Source: Thermoanaerobaculia bacterium (GTDB lineage: Bacteria; Acidobacteriota; Thermoanaerobaculia; UBA5066). From it: a stretch of DNA of 64,000 bases. Positions within the stretch are counted from its first letter, which is position 1, and the number at the start of each line of letters is the position of its first letter. The notes under the pieces were generated by a model. It saw only the letters and a list, made by a program, of their open reading frames with translations, did not search any database and had not been told where the DNA came from. The stretch lies in assembly GCA_963816185.1 (NCBI GenBank), contig CAWFJJ010000024.1, positions 6,635 through 70,634 of the forward strand, read 5' to 3'. Position numbers and translations under genes: made by a program. Shown here piece by piece: positions 52,407 through 60,368 of the stretch.

Positions 52407-52445
52407 CGAAGACCTCCGGGGACGGTTTGTGCCACGATACGGCGC

Positions 52446-52742
52446 ATGCTCGAGAGCTTGACGTTCGGAGATTTCTCTGGAAGGGTCGGAGAGGGGTTTC
52501 GCCTCGAGGGACCCGCCGTCATCGTCGAGCTGACGCTTGTCGAGGTCACGGACCTCGCGCGGCGCGAAAAACCGGGTCCGCGGCGGTCGCCGTTTTCGCT
52601 CGTCTTCCACGGCCCGTTCAGCCCCGTAATGCCCCAGCGCACATACGCGCTCGAGCATGCCTCGCTCGGGCGCCTCGACATCTTCCTCGTACCGATCGGG
52701 CCCGACGCCGACGGCATGCGGTACGAGGCGGTCTTCAACTGA
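52446..52742 (+). CDS. Small cytoplasmic paralog of the preceding protein, divergently transcribed from a 39-bp intergenic region
   Basis: 98 aa: ...RSPFSLVFHGPFSPVMPQRTYALEHASLGRLDIFLVPIGPDADGMRYEAVFN aligns with the C-terminal 60 aa of the gene at 51999-52406 (FSL.F, TY..E, G...F..P, Y.A.FN). Confidence 0.4.
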   Translation: MLESLTFGDFSGRVGEGFRLEGPAVIVELTLVEVTDLARREKPGPRRSPFSLVFHGPFSPVMPQRTYALEHASLGRLDIFLVPIGPDADGMRYEAVFN

Positions 52743-53238
52743 CTCTCGCCGCGGACACCGCGGGACGCCGCTCCATCAGCAGATAGACGCCGTGCTCCTC
52801 GGCGGGCGCGAACCCGAGACGCTCGTAGAGACTTCGCGCGGGGTTCGACATCTCCACGTGGATCGTCAGGGTCACTTCGCGCCCCTTCGCTTCCGCGATG
52901 AGCTCGGCCAGGAGCCGCGTTCCGATTCCCGTCCCCCGGAACCGAGGCAGGAGAGCGATGTCCATGAGCCGGATCTCTCTCGGCCTGCGGTGGACATAGA
53001 GCCGCCCCACGGGCACCCCATCCACCTCGATCACGTCGTACGTCGCGCCTTCGTAGTGGGCGCGGTAATGCGCGTCCTGGGCGTCGAACTGCATCTTCAC
53101 GAACGCGGCCTTCTGCTCGTCCGTCCAGGGCACCGGCGCCAGCTCCTCCGCGCGCGTCGACGCGTACACGGAGAGGAGGAACTCCCGGTCGTCGGGGCGG
53201 ACGGGGCGGAGGGTCACCATTCGTCGGGTGCTCCTCAC
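52735..53238 (-). CDS. GNAT-family N-acetyltransferase; last gene of the adhesin/tail-collar operon
   Basis: VTLRPVRPDDREFLLSVYASTR...GVPVGRLYVHRRPREIRLMDIALLPRFRGTGIGTRLLAELIAEAKGREVTLTIHVEMSNPARSLYERLGF. 4-bp overlap with the upstream gene. Confidence 0.75.
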   Translation of the reverse strand: MRSTRRMVTLRPVRPDDREFLLSVYASTRAEELAPVPWTDEQKAAFVKMQFDAQDAHYRAHYEGATYDVIEVDGVPVGRLYVHRRPREIRLMDIALLPRFRGTGIGTRLLAELIAEAKGREVTLTIHVEMSNPARSLYERLGFAPAEEHGVYLLMERRPAVSAARVS

Positions 53239-53750
53239 GTCCGCGGCGGGTAGACGCCCTGCAGGGCGATGCAGAAGTTGAGCGTGAGGTACGGCTGCAT
53301 GTTGTTGTGCGGCTGGTCGGCGCCGGCCGGTGCGATCGCCTGCGAGCTGAGCTGCGTCACGGCGCCCGGCACGGCGTAGGCCCCGATTCCGATGCCCTTG
53401 GCCAGCAACTCGTTCCCGGCATTCGTGTCCACCCCATCTGCCTTGGAAGCCTGGAGCCCGTGCGAATGCGAAGGGATCTCCGACTCGAGCAGGGTAACGG
53501 TCTCGCTCCCGCCGGTCTCGCCGAGATCGTGGAGCGAGAGGCCGGGACCCTGTCCCGGGTGCATCGGCGCGTTGCCTTGCATGTTCGGGAGCGCGAAGTT
53601 GCTCCTCCCGTCCCCGCCGTACGTCGTCCCAAGCAGGGAGAACAGCGCCGTGTTCTGCGAGAGAGGCAGGATCTGGCCGTCGCAGAACGCCCAGCCCGCT
53701 GGGGCGAAGTTGAACGGGAAGATGCGGATTTCGGCGACGAATGGGTCCAT
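53235..53750 (-). CDS. Phage tail-collar domain protein (MdpB / COG4675), paralog 1
   Basis: MDPFVAEIRIFPFNFAPAGWAFCDGQILPLSQNTALFSLLGTTYGGDGRSNFALPNMQGNAPMH...SHSH. Confidence 0.8.
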   Translation of the reverse strand: MDPFVAEIRIFPFNFAPAGWAFCDGQILPLSQNTALFSLLGTTYGGDGRSNFALPNMQGNAPMHPGQGPGLSLHDLGETGGSETVTLLESEIPSHSHGLQASKADGVDTNAGNELLAKGIGIGAYAVPGAVTQLSSQAIAPAGADQPHNNMQPYLTLNFCIALQGVYPPRT

Positions 53751-53759
53751 GGCGTCTCC

Positions 53760-54269
53760 TCAGGTCTGTGACGGGAAGATGCCGAAGAGAGAAATGATGA
53801 AGTCGACGCAGAGGTACGGCTGGAAGTTCGTGTGAGGCTGGCTTCCTCCCGTGCTGCCGACGGCGGACGGGCTCAGCGGGGTCAGAGGCGCATCGGTGCC
53901 GTACGGGGTGATCGCGGCGTTCGGAGACTTCGCGGGGAGCTGGCCCTGGGGGGCGGTGCCCGTCGCGGGATTGTTCGACGCGAGAAACGCGTGTGAGTGC
54001 GCCGGAATCTGGCTGACCGTCAGGGTGATCTCCTCCACGCCGCCCGTCTCCGCGAGCGTAAAGCCGTTCCCGAAGTGGAGCGGGACACGACCGCGCAGGT
54101 CGGGCAGCGCGAACGTGGACTGCCCGTCGCCGCCGTACGTCGTGCCGATCAGGTTGAAGAGCGTTTCGTACTCCGAGATCGGCAGGAGCTGGCCTTCGCA
54201 GAACATCCAGCCCGCGGGCGCGAAGTTGCCCGCGAACATCCGGATCTCACCGACGTAAGGCTGGGCCAT
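53760..54269 (-). CDS. Phage tail-collar domain protein (MdpB / COG4675), paralog 2
   Basis: MAQPYVGEIRMFAGNFAPAGWMFCEGQLLPISEYETLFNLIGTTYGGDGQSTFALPDLRGRVPLHFG...PAHSH. Confidence 0.8.
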   Translation of the reverse strand: MAQPYVGEIRMFAGNFAPAGWMFCEGQLLPISEYETLFNLIGTTYGGDGQSTFALPDLRGRVPLHFGNGFTLAETGGVEEITLTVSQIPAHSHAFLASNNPATGTAPQGQLPAKSPNAAITPYGTDAPLTPLSPSAVGSTGGSQPHTNFQPYLCVDFIISLFGIFPSQT

Positions 54270-54279
54270 CGCGTGCCTC

Positions 54280-54783
54280 CTAGGTCTGGCTCGGGAAGAT
54301 GCCCTGGAGGGCGATCGAGAAGTTCAGGACGAGGAACGGCTGCATGTTGAGGTGCGCCTGCGAGCCGCCCACGTTGGCGAGGGCGTTGGGGGCCATGGCC
54401 ACGGGGTTGCCGGAGCCGTAGAGCTGGGCCCCGGCGGACTGCGCGAGCATGACGTTCGACGCCGGGACGTTCGTCGACGCGACCGCGCTGACCGCATTGG
54501 CGACGTGCGCATGCGTGGGGATCTCCGAAATCGAGAGCGTGTGGGCCTGCTCGCCGCCTTGCTCTCCGAGGGTGTGGCCGTTCCCCATGTGGATCGGGGC
54601 GCGCCCCTGCAGATTGGGAAGCCCGAAGTTCACGCGCCCGTCTCCTCCGTAGGTCGTGCCCAGCAGCGAGAACAGCGCCTGGTTCTGATTGATCGGCAGG
54701 AGCTGGCCGTCGCAGGTCGCCCAGCCCTTCGGTGGGAAGCCGAAGCTCATGATCCGGATCTCGGCGAGGAAGGGTTCCGCCAT
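54280..54783 (-). CDS. Phage tail-collar domain protein (MdpB / COG4675), paralog 3
   Basis: MAEPFLAEIRIMSFGFPPKGWATCDGQLLPINQNQALFSLLGTTYGGDGRVNFGLPNLQGRAPIHMG...PTHAH. Confidence 0.8.
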   Translation of the reverse strand: MAEPFLAEIRIMSFGFPPKGWATCDGQLLPINQNQALFSLLGTTYGGDGRVNFGLPNLQGRAPIHMGNGHTLGEQGGEQAHTLSISEIPTHAHVANAVSAVASTNVPASNVMLAQSAGAQLYGSGNPVAMAPNALANVGGSQAHLNMQPFLVLNFSIALQGIFPSQT

Positions 54784-54800
54784 CGCTGTTTCTCCTCGTG

Positions 54801-57800
54801 TTAGAAGCCGCCGGGTTCGACGCAGGTCGAGAACCCGCTCGTGGCGGAGATGAGGGTCGTGCCGCCGACGCCGAAGTTGCCGGGCGCGCTCCCCGGGTTC
54901 TGGCTGTTCACGTAGTTCTCGACGTCCGGCGTCGACGTCGACCCGCCGGGCAGGCCGACGATTCCGAACGCGTTGATCGCGGAATTCGTCCCCTGCTTGC
55001 GGAGGCCGATGCCGGAGGCGATGAAGCCGCCTCCGCTGTCACCCGCCGTCGTGTTGCCCGTGATCTCGAGGCATACGGTCTCGTTGGCGCTGGAAGCGCT
55101 GCCGGAAGAGACGCGAATGCCGAACGTCGTCCCGCTTCCCGAGGTCGGGGCCGCGACGGTGTTCGTCCGGATCCTCACGTGCGCCTGGCCGGTCGCGCCG
55201 ATCGTGTTGACGAGGATACCGTTCCCGTCCGTCTGGCTGATGTTGTTCGCGCCGCCGGCCGTGCCGTCGCCGATGCTCAGGTTCAGGACGGGCGTGTCGC
55301 TCGACGAGAACGTGCTCGTCGTGCCGCCGCCGATCCCGGCGCTGCTGAAGATGTTGTGCGCGACGATCGTGTTTCCGGCGATCGTGCCGGTGTACGTCGT
55401 GAGGCCGTTCGATCCGAAGCCGATCCCGAGTCCCTTCACGTTCGTGATCGAGTTGTTCGTGATGACGAAGAACCCGGTGCCGCGGCCGTTGAGCGCCGTG
55501 TTGATCCCCTGCGTCCCCATCTGGTTGGCCGCGCTCTGTCCCGAGATCACGTTGTTCGTGATCGCGATCGCGTTCGTCGAGAGGTCGGACCCGTACGTCC
55601 CCGCGGGCGCGAGGGTGCTCGTCGCGTTTCCGCCGAGGAACAGGATCCCCGCGTCGCTCGGGAAGTTCGTGATCGTGTTCCCGTTGATCGTAGCCTTCGA
55701 GTAGCTCGCGACGGTGGACGCCGAGCCGAAGCCCACGAGCCGGATCGCCGATCCCTTCGACGCCGTCGTGAGCGTGCTGCTCGTGAGCGTGTTGTTCGAG
55801 ATGTTCGTGTTGCTGATCGTGCCGTCGAACTGGAAGACGTCCACGCCGTGGTAGTAGGCGTTCGTCAGCGTGCTGCCCGTGATCGTCAGCGTTCCCGTGA
55901 GGTTCTTCTCGTTGCCGATCGTGGGCGAGTAGGCGCCGGCGTTGAAGGCGATGTTCGAGTCTCCGGTTCCGCTGGCGGTACCGGAGTTGTTGATCGTGCC
56001 GTTGACGAAGCTGAACGTCTGGACGTTATTGGATCCCTTCACGCCGCTGTGCCCCGTGTTCTGGATGCTCATCGAGGTGAGCGAGACGCTCTGGGCGTTC
56101 GACAGGAGGACACCGTCTCCGGTCACGCTCTGGATCGTGCCGCCCGTCCCCGCGCCCCCCGTCCCCGTGACGGTGAAGCTGCCCGTCGAGTTCTGCAGGA
56201 CGATGCCGTTGGCGCCCCCGTTCGCGGACACGGCCTGGAAGGTGAACGCGCCTCCGGCGGCGTTCAGCGACACCGCCGTGCCGGTCGTCGTCGTCACCGT
56301 GACGCCGTTCTGCACGGTCGCGCCCGTGATCGCGCCCGAGTTCGTCACGCCCGTGCTCGAGCCCGCGCTGACGTCGAGGGAGCTGACCGTGAGCGTGTTC
56401 GCCGCGAGCGTGAGAGTCGAATTGAGCGTGGGCTTGCCGCCCGCGCCGATCGTGAGGGGCCCGAGCGTGAACGTCGTGCCCTGGCCCCAGAGCGTCAGGC
56501 CGGCCTTGTTCAGCGAGGCGCCCGCGTAGTTGGACGAGCCCGTGTGCAGGAAGATCGTCTGGTTCGCAGAGGCGTTCGTCACCGCCTGCGCGACCGTCGC
56601 GAGAGGCTCGTGCGACCGCCCGCGCGAGGCCGAGTCGGAGCCGCCCGAGTTGTTCACGTACCAGACCATGCCGGTCAAGGTGACGTTCAAGGGCGCGGTC
56701 GCGCTCGCGGGCGTCCCGGTCCCGCCGCTGTCGCTTGAGACCGTATAGGTGCACGTCGAGGACGTCGCGCCCGCGTTCGGCGTGTAGACGAAGCGGCCGA
56801 GTCCGTCGAAGGTCGAGATGGCCGCGCCGGCGGTGCAACCCGCGGCGGTCACGGTGACGCTGCCGGCCGGCTGGGCCGACGTGAGGAGCCCCGACACCGT
56901 CGCGACGGCGGGAGTCGTCGGCGCGCCTGTGACGCCGGTGACGTAGAGCTGCGTGTTCCCGACGCCCGAGTAGGTCTGCGTCACGATCGCGGGTGCGACC
57001 GAGAGCGTGTAGGTGCCGCTCGTTCCGAAGCAGCCGTTTGCGTCGGTCGCCTTCACCGTGATCGTGAACGTGCCGGTCTGGGTCGGCGTGCCGGTGAGGA
57101 CACCGGCGGTCGAAAGCGAGACACCCGTCGGGAGGGAGCCCGTCGTGAGGGTGAACGTCGCGGGCGTGTGCGTCCCGACGCCCGACTGCGTAAACGTGAA
57201 ATTGCCGGCTGGGGCGAGCGCCGTGTTGTACGTCGCGATCGTCGAGGTCGGGTTCGAGACCGTGATCGTCTGGCAGGAGATCACGAGCGTGTAGGTCGCG
57301 CCCGTGCCCGTGCAGCCGTTCGCGTCCGTCACCGTGACGACGATCGGGAACGTGCCGGACGAAGAGGGCGTGCCGGAGAGGACGCCCGCGGCCGACAGGG
57401 TCAGCCCGGCCGGGAGCGTCGAGGATGTCGTGAACGTCGCCGGCGTGTGCGTGCCGACGCCGGCCTGGGTGAACGTCTGGCTGAACGGCGCGTCGACGGT
57501 GCCCGTCGTCGTTCCGGGGTTCGAGACCGTGATCGTCTGGCAGGAGATCACGAGCGTGTAGGTCGCGCCCGTGCCCGTGCAGCCGTTCGCGTCCGTCACC
57601 TTGACGACGATCGGGAACGTGCCGTTCTGTCCCGGCGTGCCCGAGAGCGTTCCGTCCGCCGCGAGCGTCAGGCCGCCCGGGAGCGTCGAGGACGTCGTGA
57701 ACGTCGCCGTGCCGGCCGCGCCGGTCTGCGTGAACGTCTGGTTGAAGGGGGCGTCGACCGTGCCCGTCGTCACGCCCGGGTTCGTGATCGTGATCGTCGG

Positions 57801-60122
57801 GCAGACGGTCACGAGGCTGTACGAGGTCGCGCCCGAGCAGCCGGCGGCGTCGGTCGCGGTGACGACGATCGGGAAGGTGCCGCCCTGCGTCGGCGTGCCC
57901 GAGAGAACGCCGGCCGAGAAGGTCATCCCGGCGGGCAAGGCGCCCGTCTCCGTGAGCGTGTAGGGCGACGTCCCGCCGCTCGCCGTGAACGTCACGGGGC
58001 CGTACGGCGAGCCGACGGGGCCCGAGGCGAGCGTCGGGGGCGCGACGGTGATCGTGACGCCGTTACACGTCACGGTGACCACGTAGTCCTGGCTCCCGAC
58101 GCAGCCGCCGACCGAATCGGTCGCCGAGATCGTGATCGGGAACGTCCCGGTCTGGGTGGGCGTCCCGTCGAGAGTGGCGCCGGTGAAATTCATGCCCGTC
58201 GGCAAGGAGCCGGCCTCGGCGAACGTGTAGGGCCCCGTTCCGCCGCTCGCCGTGAACGTCGTACTCGGGAAGGGTGAGCCGGCCAGGACGGTCGGCAGCG
58301 AGCTCGGCGAAAGCGTTATGGACGTCCCCGAGCAGGCCACGACCACGAGGTAGTCGCGGCTCGCCGTGCAGCCGTTCGAATCCGTGACGGTGACCGTGAT
58401 CGGGAAGCTCCCGGTCTCGGTCGGCGTGCCCGCGAGCGTGTCGATCGAGAAGCTCATCCCGTTCGGGAGGGCGCCCGTCTCGGAGAACGTGACGGAGCCG
58501 ATGCCGCCTGTCTGCGTGAACGTCGTCGCGGGGTACGGGGTGCCGGTCGTTCCCTGCGGGAGCGTCGCGGGAGACAGGGTGATCGACTGGCAGCTCACGA
58601 CGAGCGTGTACGTCGCGCTCGTCCCCGTGCAGCCGTTCGCGTCCGTGACGGTGACGCCGATCGGGAACGAGCCGGTCTGACCGGGCGTGCCCGACAGCGT
58701 CCCGTTCGCCGCGAGGGACATTCCCGACGGGAGCGTCGACGCCGTCGTGAACGTCGCGCCGCCGATCGCGCCCGTCTGCGTGAAGGTCTGGCTGAACGCG
58801 GTGCCGATGGTCGCGGTCGCCGTCGCGGGGTTCGTGACGACGATCGTCTGGCAGCCGATCGAGAGGTTGTAAGTCGAGCTCGTGCCCGTGCAGAGGTTCG
58901 CGTCCGTGACCGTCACGACGATCGGGAAGAGGCCGGTCTGGGTCGGCGTTCCCGCGAGGACGCCGTTCACGGCGAGATTCAGCCCGGCCGGAAGCGTCGA
59001 CGCGGTCGTGAATGTCGCCGATCCGATCGCGCCGGCCTGCGTGAACGTCTGGCTGAACGCCGTACCGGCCGTTCCGGCGGCCACGGCCGGGTTCGTCACC
59101 GTGATCGTCTGGCAGGCGATGACGAGGTGGTACGTCGCGCCGCTGCCCGTGCAGCCGTTCGCGTCGGTCGCCGTCACGAGGATGTCGAAGCCGCCCGCCT
59201 GCGTCGGCGTGCCCGAGAGGACGCCGTTCGCCGCGAGCGTCATGCCGATCGGAAGGGCGCTCGCCGTCGTGAACGTCGTCGCCCCGACGCCACCCGCCTG
59301 CGTGAACGTCTGGCTGAAGAAGACGTTTGCCGTGCCCGTCGCCGTCACGGGGTTCGTCACGGTGATGGTCTGGCAGGAGATCACGAGCGTGTACGTCGCG
59401 CCCGTCCCCGTGCAACCGCTCGCGTCGGTCGCGGTCACGGTGATCGGGAAGGTGCCCGGCTGGGTCGGCGTGCCCGAGAGCGTCCCGTTCGGAGCGAGCG
59501 TCAGGCCGGCGGGCAGCGGCGACGCCGTCGTGTACGTCTTCGTCCCCGTGCCGCCGGAGGACGTGAAGGTCTGGCTGAACGGCACGTTGACCGTGCCCGA
59601 CGCCGTCAAGGGGTTCGTCACCGTGATCGTGCTCGTGCACGCCGGGACCCAGTAGCCCGAGATGTCGATGATGAAGTCGGCCGCCCCCGCCGAGACGTTC
59701 GCGAGCGCGACGGTACCCGTGTTGTCGCTCGCAAGGGCCACGATCGTGTTGCTCGCGCGGGTCTTGCCCGCCGAGAAAGCCAGGACCAGCGTCGGGGGTG
59801 CCGCCGCATCGCCCGCATAGAGCTGCGCGTAGCCCATTTCCGCCGGCGAGACGACGGTGAGGTTGACGGCCAGGCCTAGGGCGGTCGGCGGCACGCCGCA
59901 GGCTCCCGTGAGCGTGAAGAGACGTGTCTCGTTCGGATTCAGGGCGGGGCCTCCCAGAGGGTCTGCCGGGTTCCGCGTGTCGACCGCTCGGCAGGGAGAG
60001 ATCGTCATGAGGGCTTGGCCCCCGGCCGCGGAGAGAGGGAGCGGCAGGGAAAGCAGCGCCAGCGCGACGACGAGAAATCCCGGACGGGGAAGTGAACGGT
60101 CCTCGCGGTCGAGCAGTCTCAT
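54801..60122 (-). CDS. Giant (1773-aa) secreted surface protein: N-terminal conserved domain, ~12 tandem putative Ig / cadherin-like repeats, C-terminal right-handed parallel beta-helix (pectin-lyase-fold) region
   Basis: Intact ORF. Signal region ...RPGFLVVALALLSLPLPLSAAGG. N-domain ISPCRAVDTRNP...LFTLTGACGVP...VNLTVVSPAEMGY. Repeats of ...LPAGLTL..NGTLSGTPTQ.GTFPITVTATDANGCTGTGATYTLVISCQTITVTNP.... Beta-helix segment MVWYVNNSGGSDSASRG...TIFLHTGSSNY plus many NxxxNxxI rungs. The gene is 17 bp upstream of the first tail-collar gene. Confidence 0.8.
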   Translation of the reverse strand: MRLLDREDRSLPRPGFLVVALALLSLPLPLSAAGGQALMTISPCRAVDTRNPADPLGGPALNPNETRLFTLTGACGVPPTALGLAVNLTVVSPAEMGYAQLYAGDAAAPPTLVLAFSAGKTRASNTIVALASDNTGTVALANVSAGAADFIIDISGYWVPACTSTITVTNPLTASGTVNVPFSQTFTSSGGTGTKTYTTASPLPAGLTLAPNGTLSGTPTQPGTFPITVTATDASGCTGTGATYTLVISCQTITVTNPVTATGTANVFFSQTFTQAGGVGATTFTTASALPIGMTLAANGVLSGTPTQAGGFDILVTATDANGCTGSGATYHLVIACQTITVTNPAVAAGTAGTAFSQTFTQAGAIGSATFTTASTLPAGLNLAVNGVLAGTPTQTGLFPIVVTVTDANLCTGTSSTYNLSIGCQTIVVTNPATATATIGTAFSQTFTQTGAIGGATFTTASTLPSGMSLAANGTLSGTPGQTGSFPIGVTVTDANGCTGTSATYTLVVSCQSITLSPATLPQGTTGTPYPATTFTQTGGIGSVTFSETGALPNGMSFSIDTLAGTPTETGSFPITVTVTDSNGCTASRDYLVVVACSGTSITLSPSSLPTVLAGSPFPSTTFTASGGTGPYTFAEAGSLPTGMNFTGATLDGTPTQTGTFPITISATDSVGGCVGSQDYVVTVTCNGVTITVAPPTLASGPVGSPYGPVTFTASGGTSPYTLTETGALPAGMTFSAGVLSGTPTQGGTFPIVVTATDAAGCSGATSYSLVTVCPTITITNPGVTTGTVDAPFNQTFTQTGAAGTATFTTSSTLPGGLTLAADGTLSGTPGQNGTFPIVVKVTDANGCTGTGATYTLVISCQTITVSNPGTTTGTVDAPFSQTFTQAGVGTHTPATFTTSSTLPAGLTLSAAGVLSGTPSSSGTFPIVVTVTDANGCTGTGATYTLVISCQTITVSNPTSTIATYNTALAPAGNFTFTQSGVGTHTPATFTLTTGSLPTGVSLSTAGVLTGTPTQTGTFTITVKATDANGCFGTSGTYTLSVAPAIVTQTYSGVGNTQLYVTGVTGAPTTPAVATVSGLLTSAQPAGSVTVTAAGCTAGAAISTFDGLGRFVYTPNAGATSSTCTYTVSSDSGGTGTPASATAPLNVTLTGMVWYVNNSGGSDSASRGRSHEPLATVAQAVTNASANQTIFLHTGSSNYAGASLNKAGLTLWGQGTTFTLGPLTIGAGGKPTLNSTLTLAANTLTVSSLDVSAGSSTGVTNSGAITGATVQNGVTVTTTTGTAVSLNAAGGAFTFQAVSANGGANGIVLQNSTGSFTVTGTGGAGTGGTIQSVTGDGVLLSNAQSVSLTSMSIQNTGHSGVKGSNNVQTFSFVNGTINNSGTASGTGDSNIAFNAGAYSPTIGNEKNLTGTLTITGSTLTNAYYHGVDVFQFDGTISNTNISNNTLTSSTLTTASKGSAIRLVGFGSASTVASYSKATINGNTITNFPSDAGILFLGGNATSTLAPAGTYGSDLSTNAIAITNNVISGQSAANQMGTQGINTALNGRGTGFFVITNNSITNVKGLGIGFGSNGLTTYTGTIAGNTIVAHNIFSSAGIGGGTTSTFSSSDTPVLNLSIGDGTAGGANNISQTDGNGILVNTIGATGQAHVRIRTNTVAAPTSGSGTTFGIRVSSGSASSANETVCLEITGNTTAGDSGGGFIASGIGLRKQGTNSAINAFGIVGLPGGSTSTPDVENYVNSQNPGSAPGNFGVGGTTLISATSGFSTCVEPGGF
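56990..59640. repeat. Tandem ~270-bp (90-codon) direct repeats inside the giant adhesin gene (Ig-domain coding repeats)
   Basis: Near-identical blocks, e.g. TGGCAGGAGATCACGAGCGTGTAGGTCGCGCCCGTGCCCGTGCAGCCGTTCGCGTCCGTCACC at 57271 and 57541, with diverged copies at ~57001, ~59101 and ~59371; period 270 bp. Confidence 0.6.
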
Positions 60123-60368
60123 CAGGTGGAGCCCTTTCCTCGTCGAGCCTCGACGTCGTACGGGATCTGTGTGCCGAATCGGAACCGTGAGCCGAGCTCC
60201 ACGTCGCGATCGACTTCTTCTCCCTCTCGCTTCGGATTACCGGCGAGATCCTATCTCAAGTCGGGATTCTCGACGAGCCCTTTGAACTCCCTCTCCAGCG
60301 GGACCTGATTCATTTGCGGCATACCGCCGGAACCGGCCGGCCGGTACCTTGACACTGGAGGTTCCCGC

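Noticed and set aside
56990-59640. Possible CRISPR/VNTR locus
   Set aside because: A 270-bp period, protein-coding in frame (Ig-like domains), and no spacer structure.
54798-59879. Several 200-650-aa plus-strand ORFs rich in R/D/G (54798-56738, 57168-58277, 59127-59879 and others)
   Set aside because: Antisense or alternate frames of the giant adhesin gene in very high-GC DNA.
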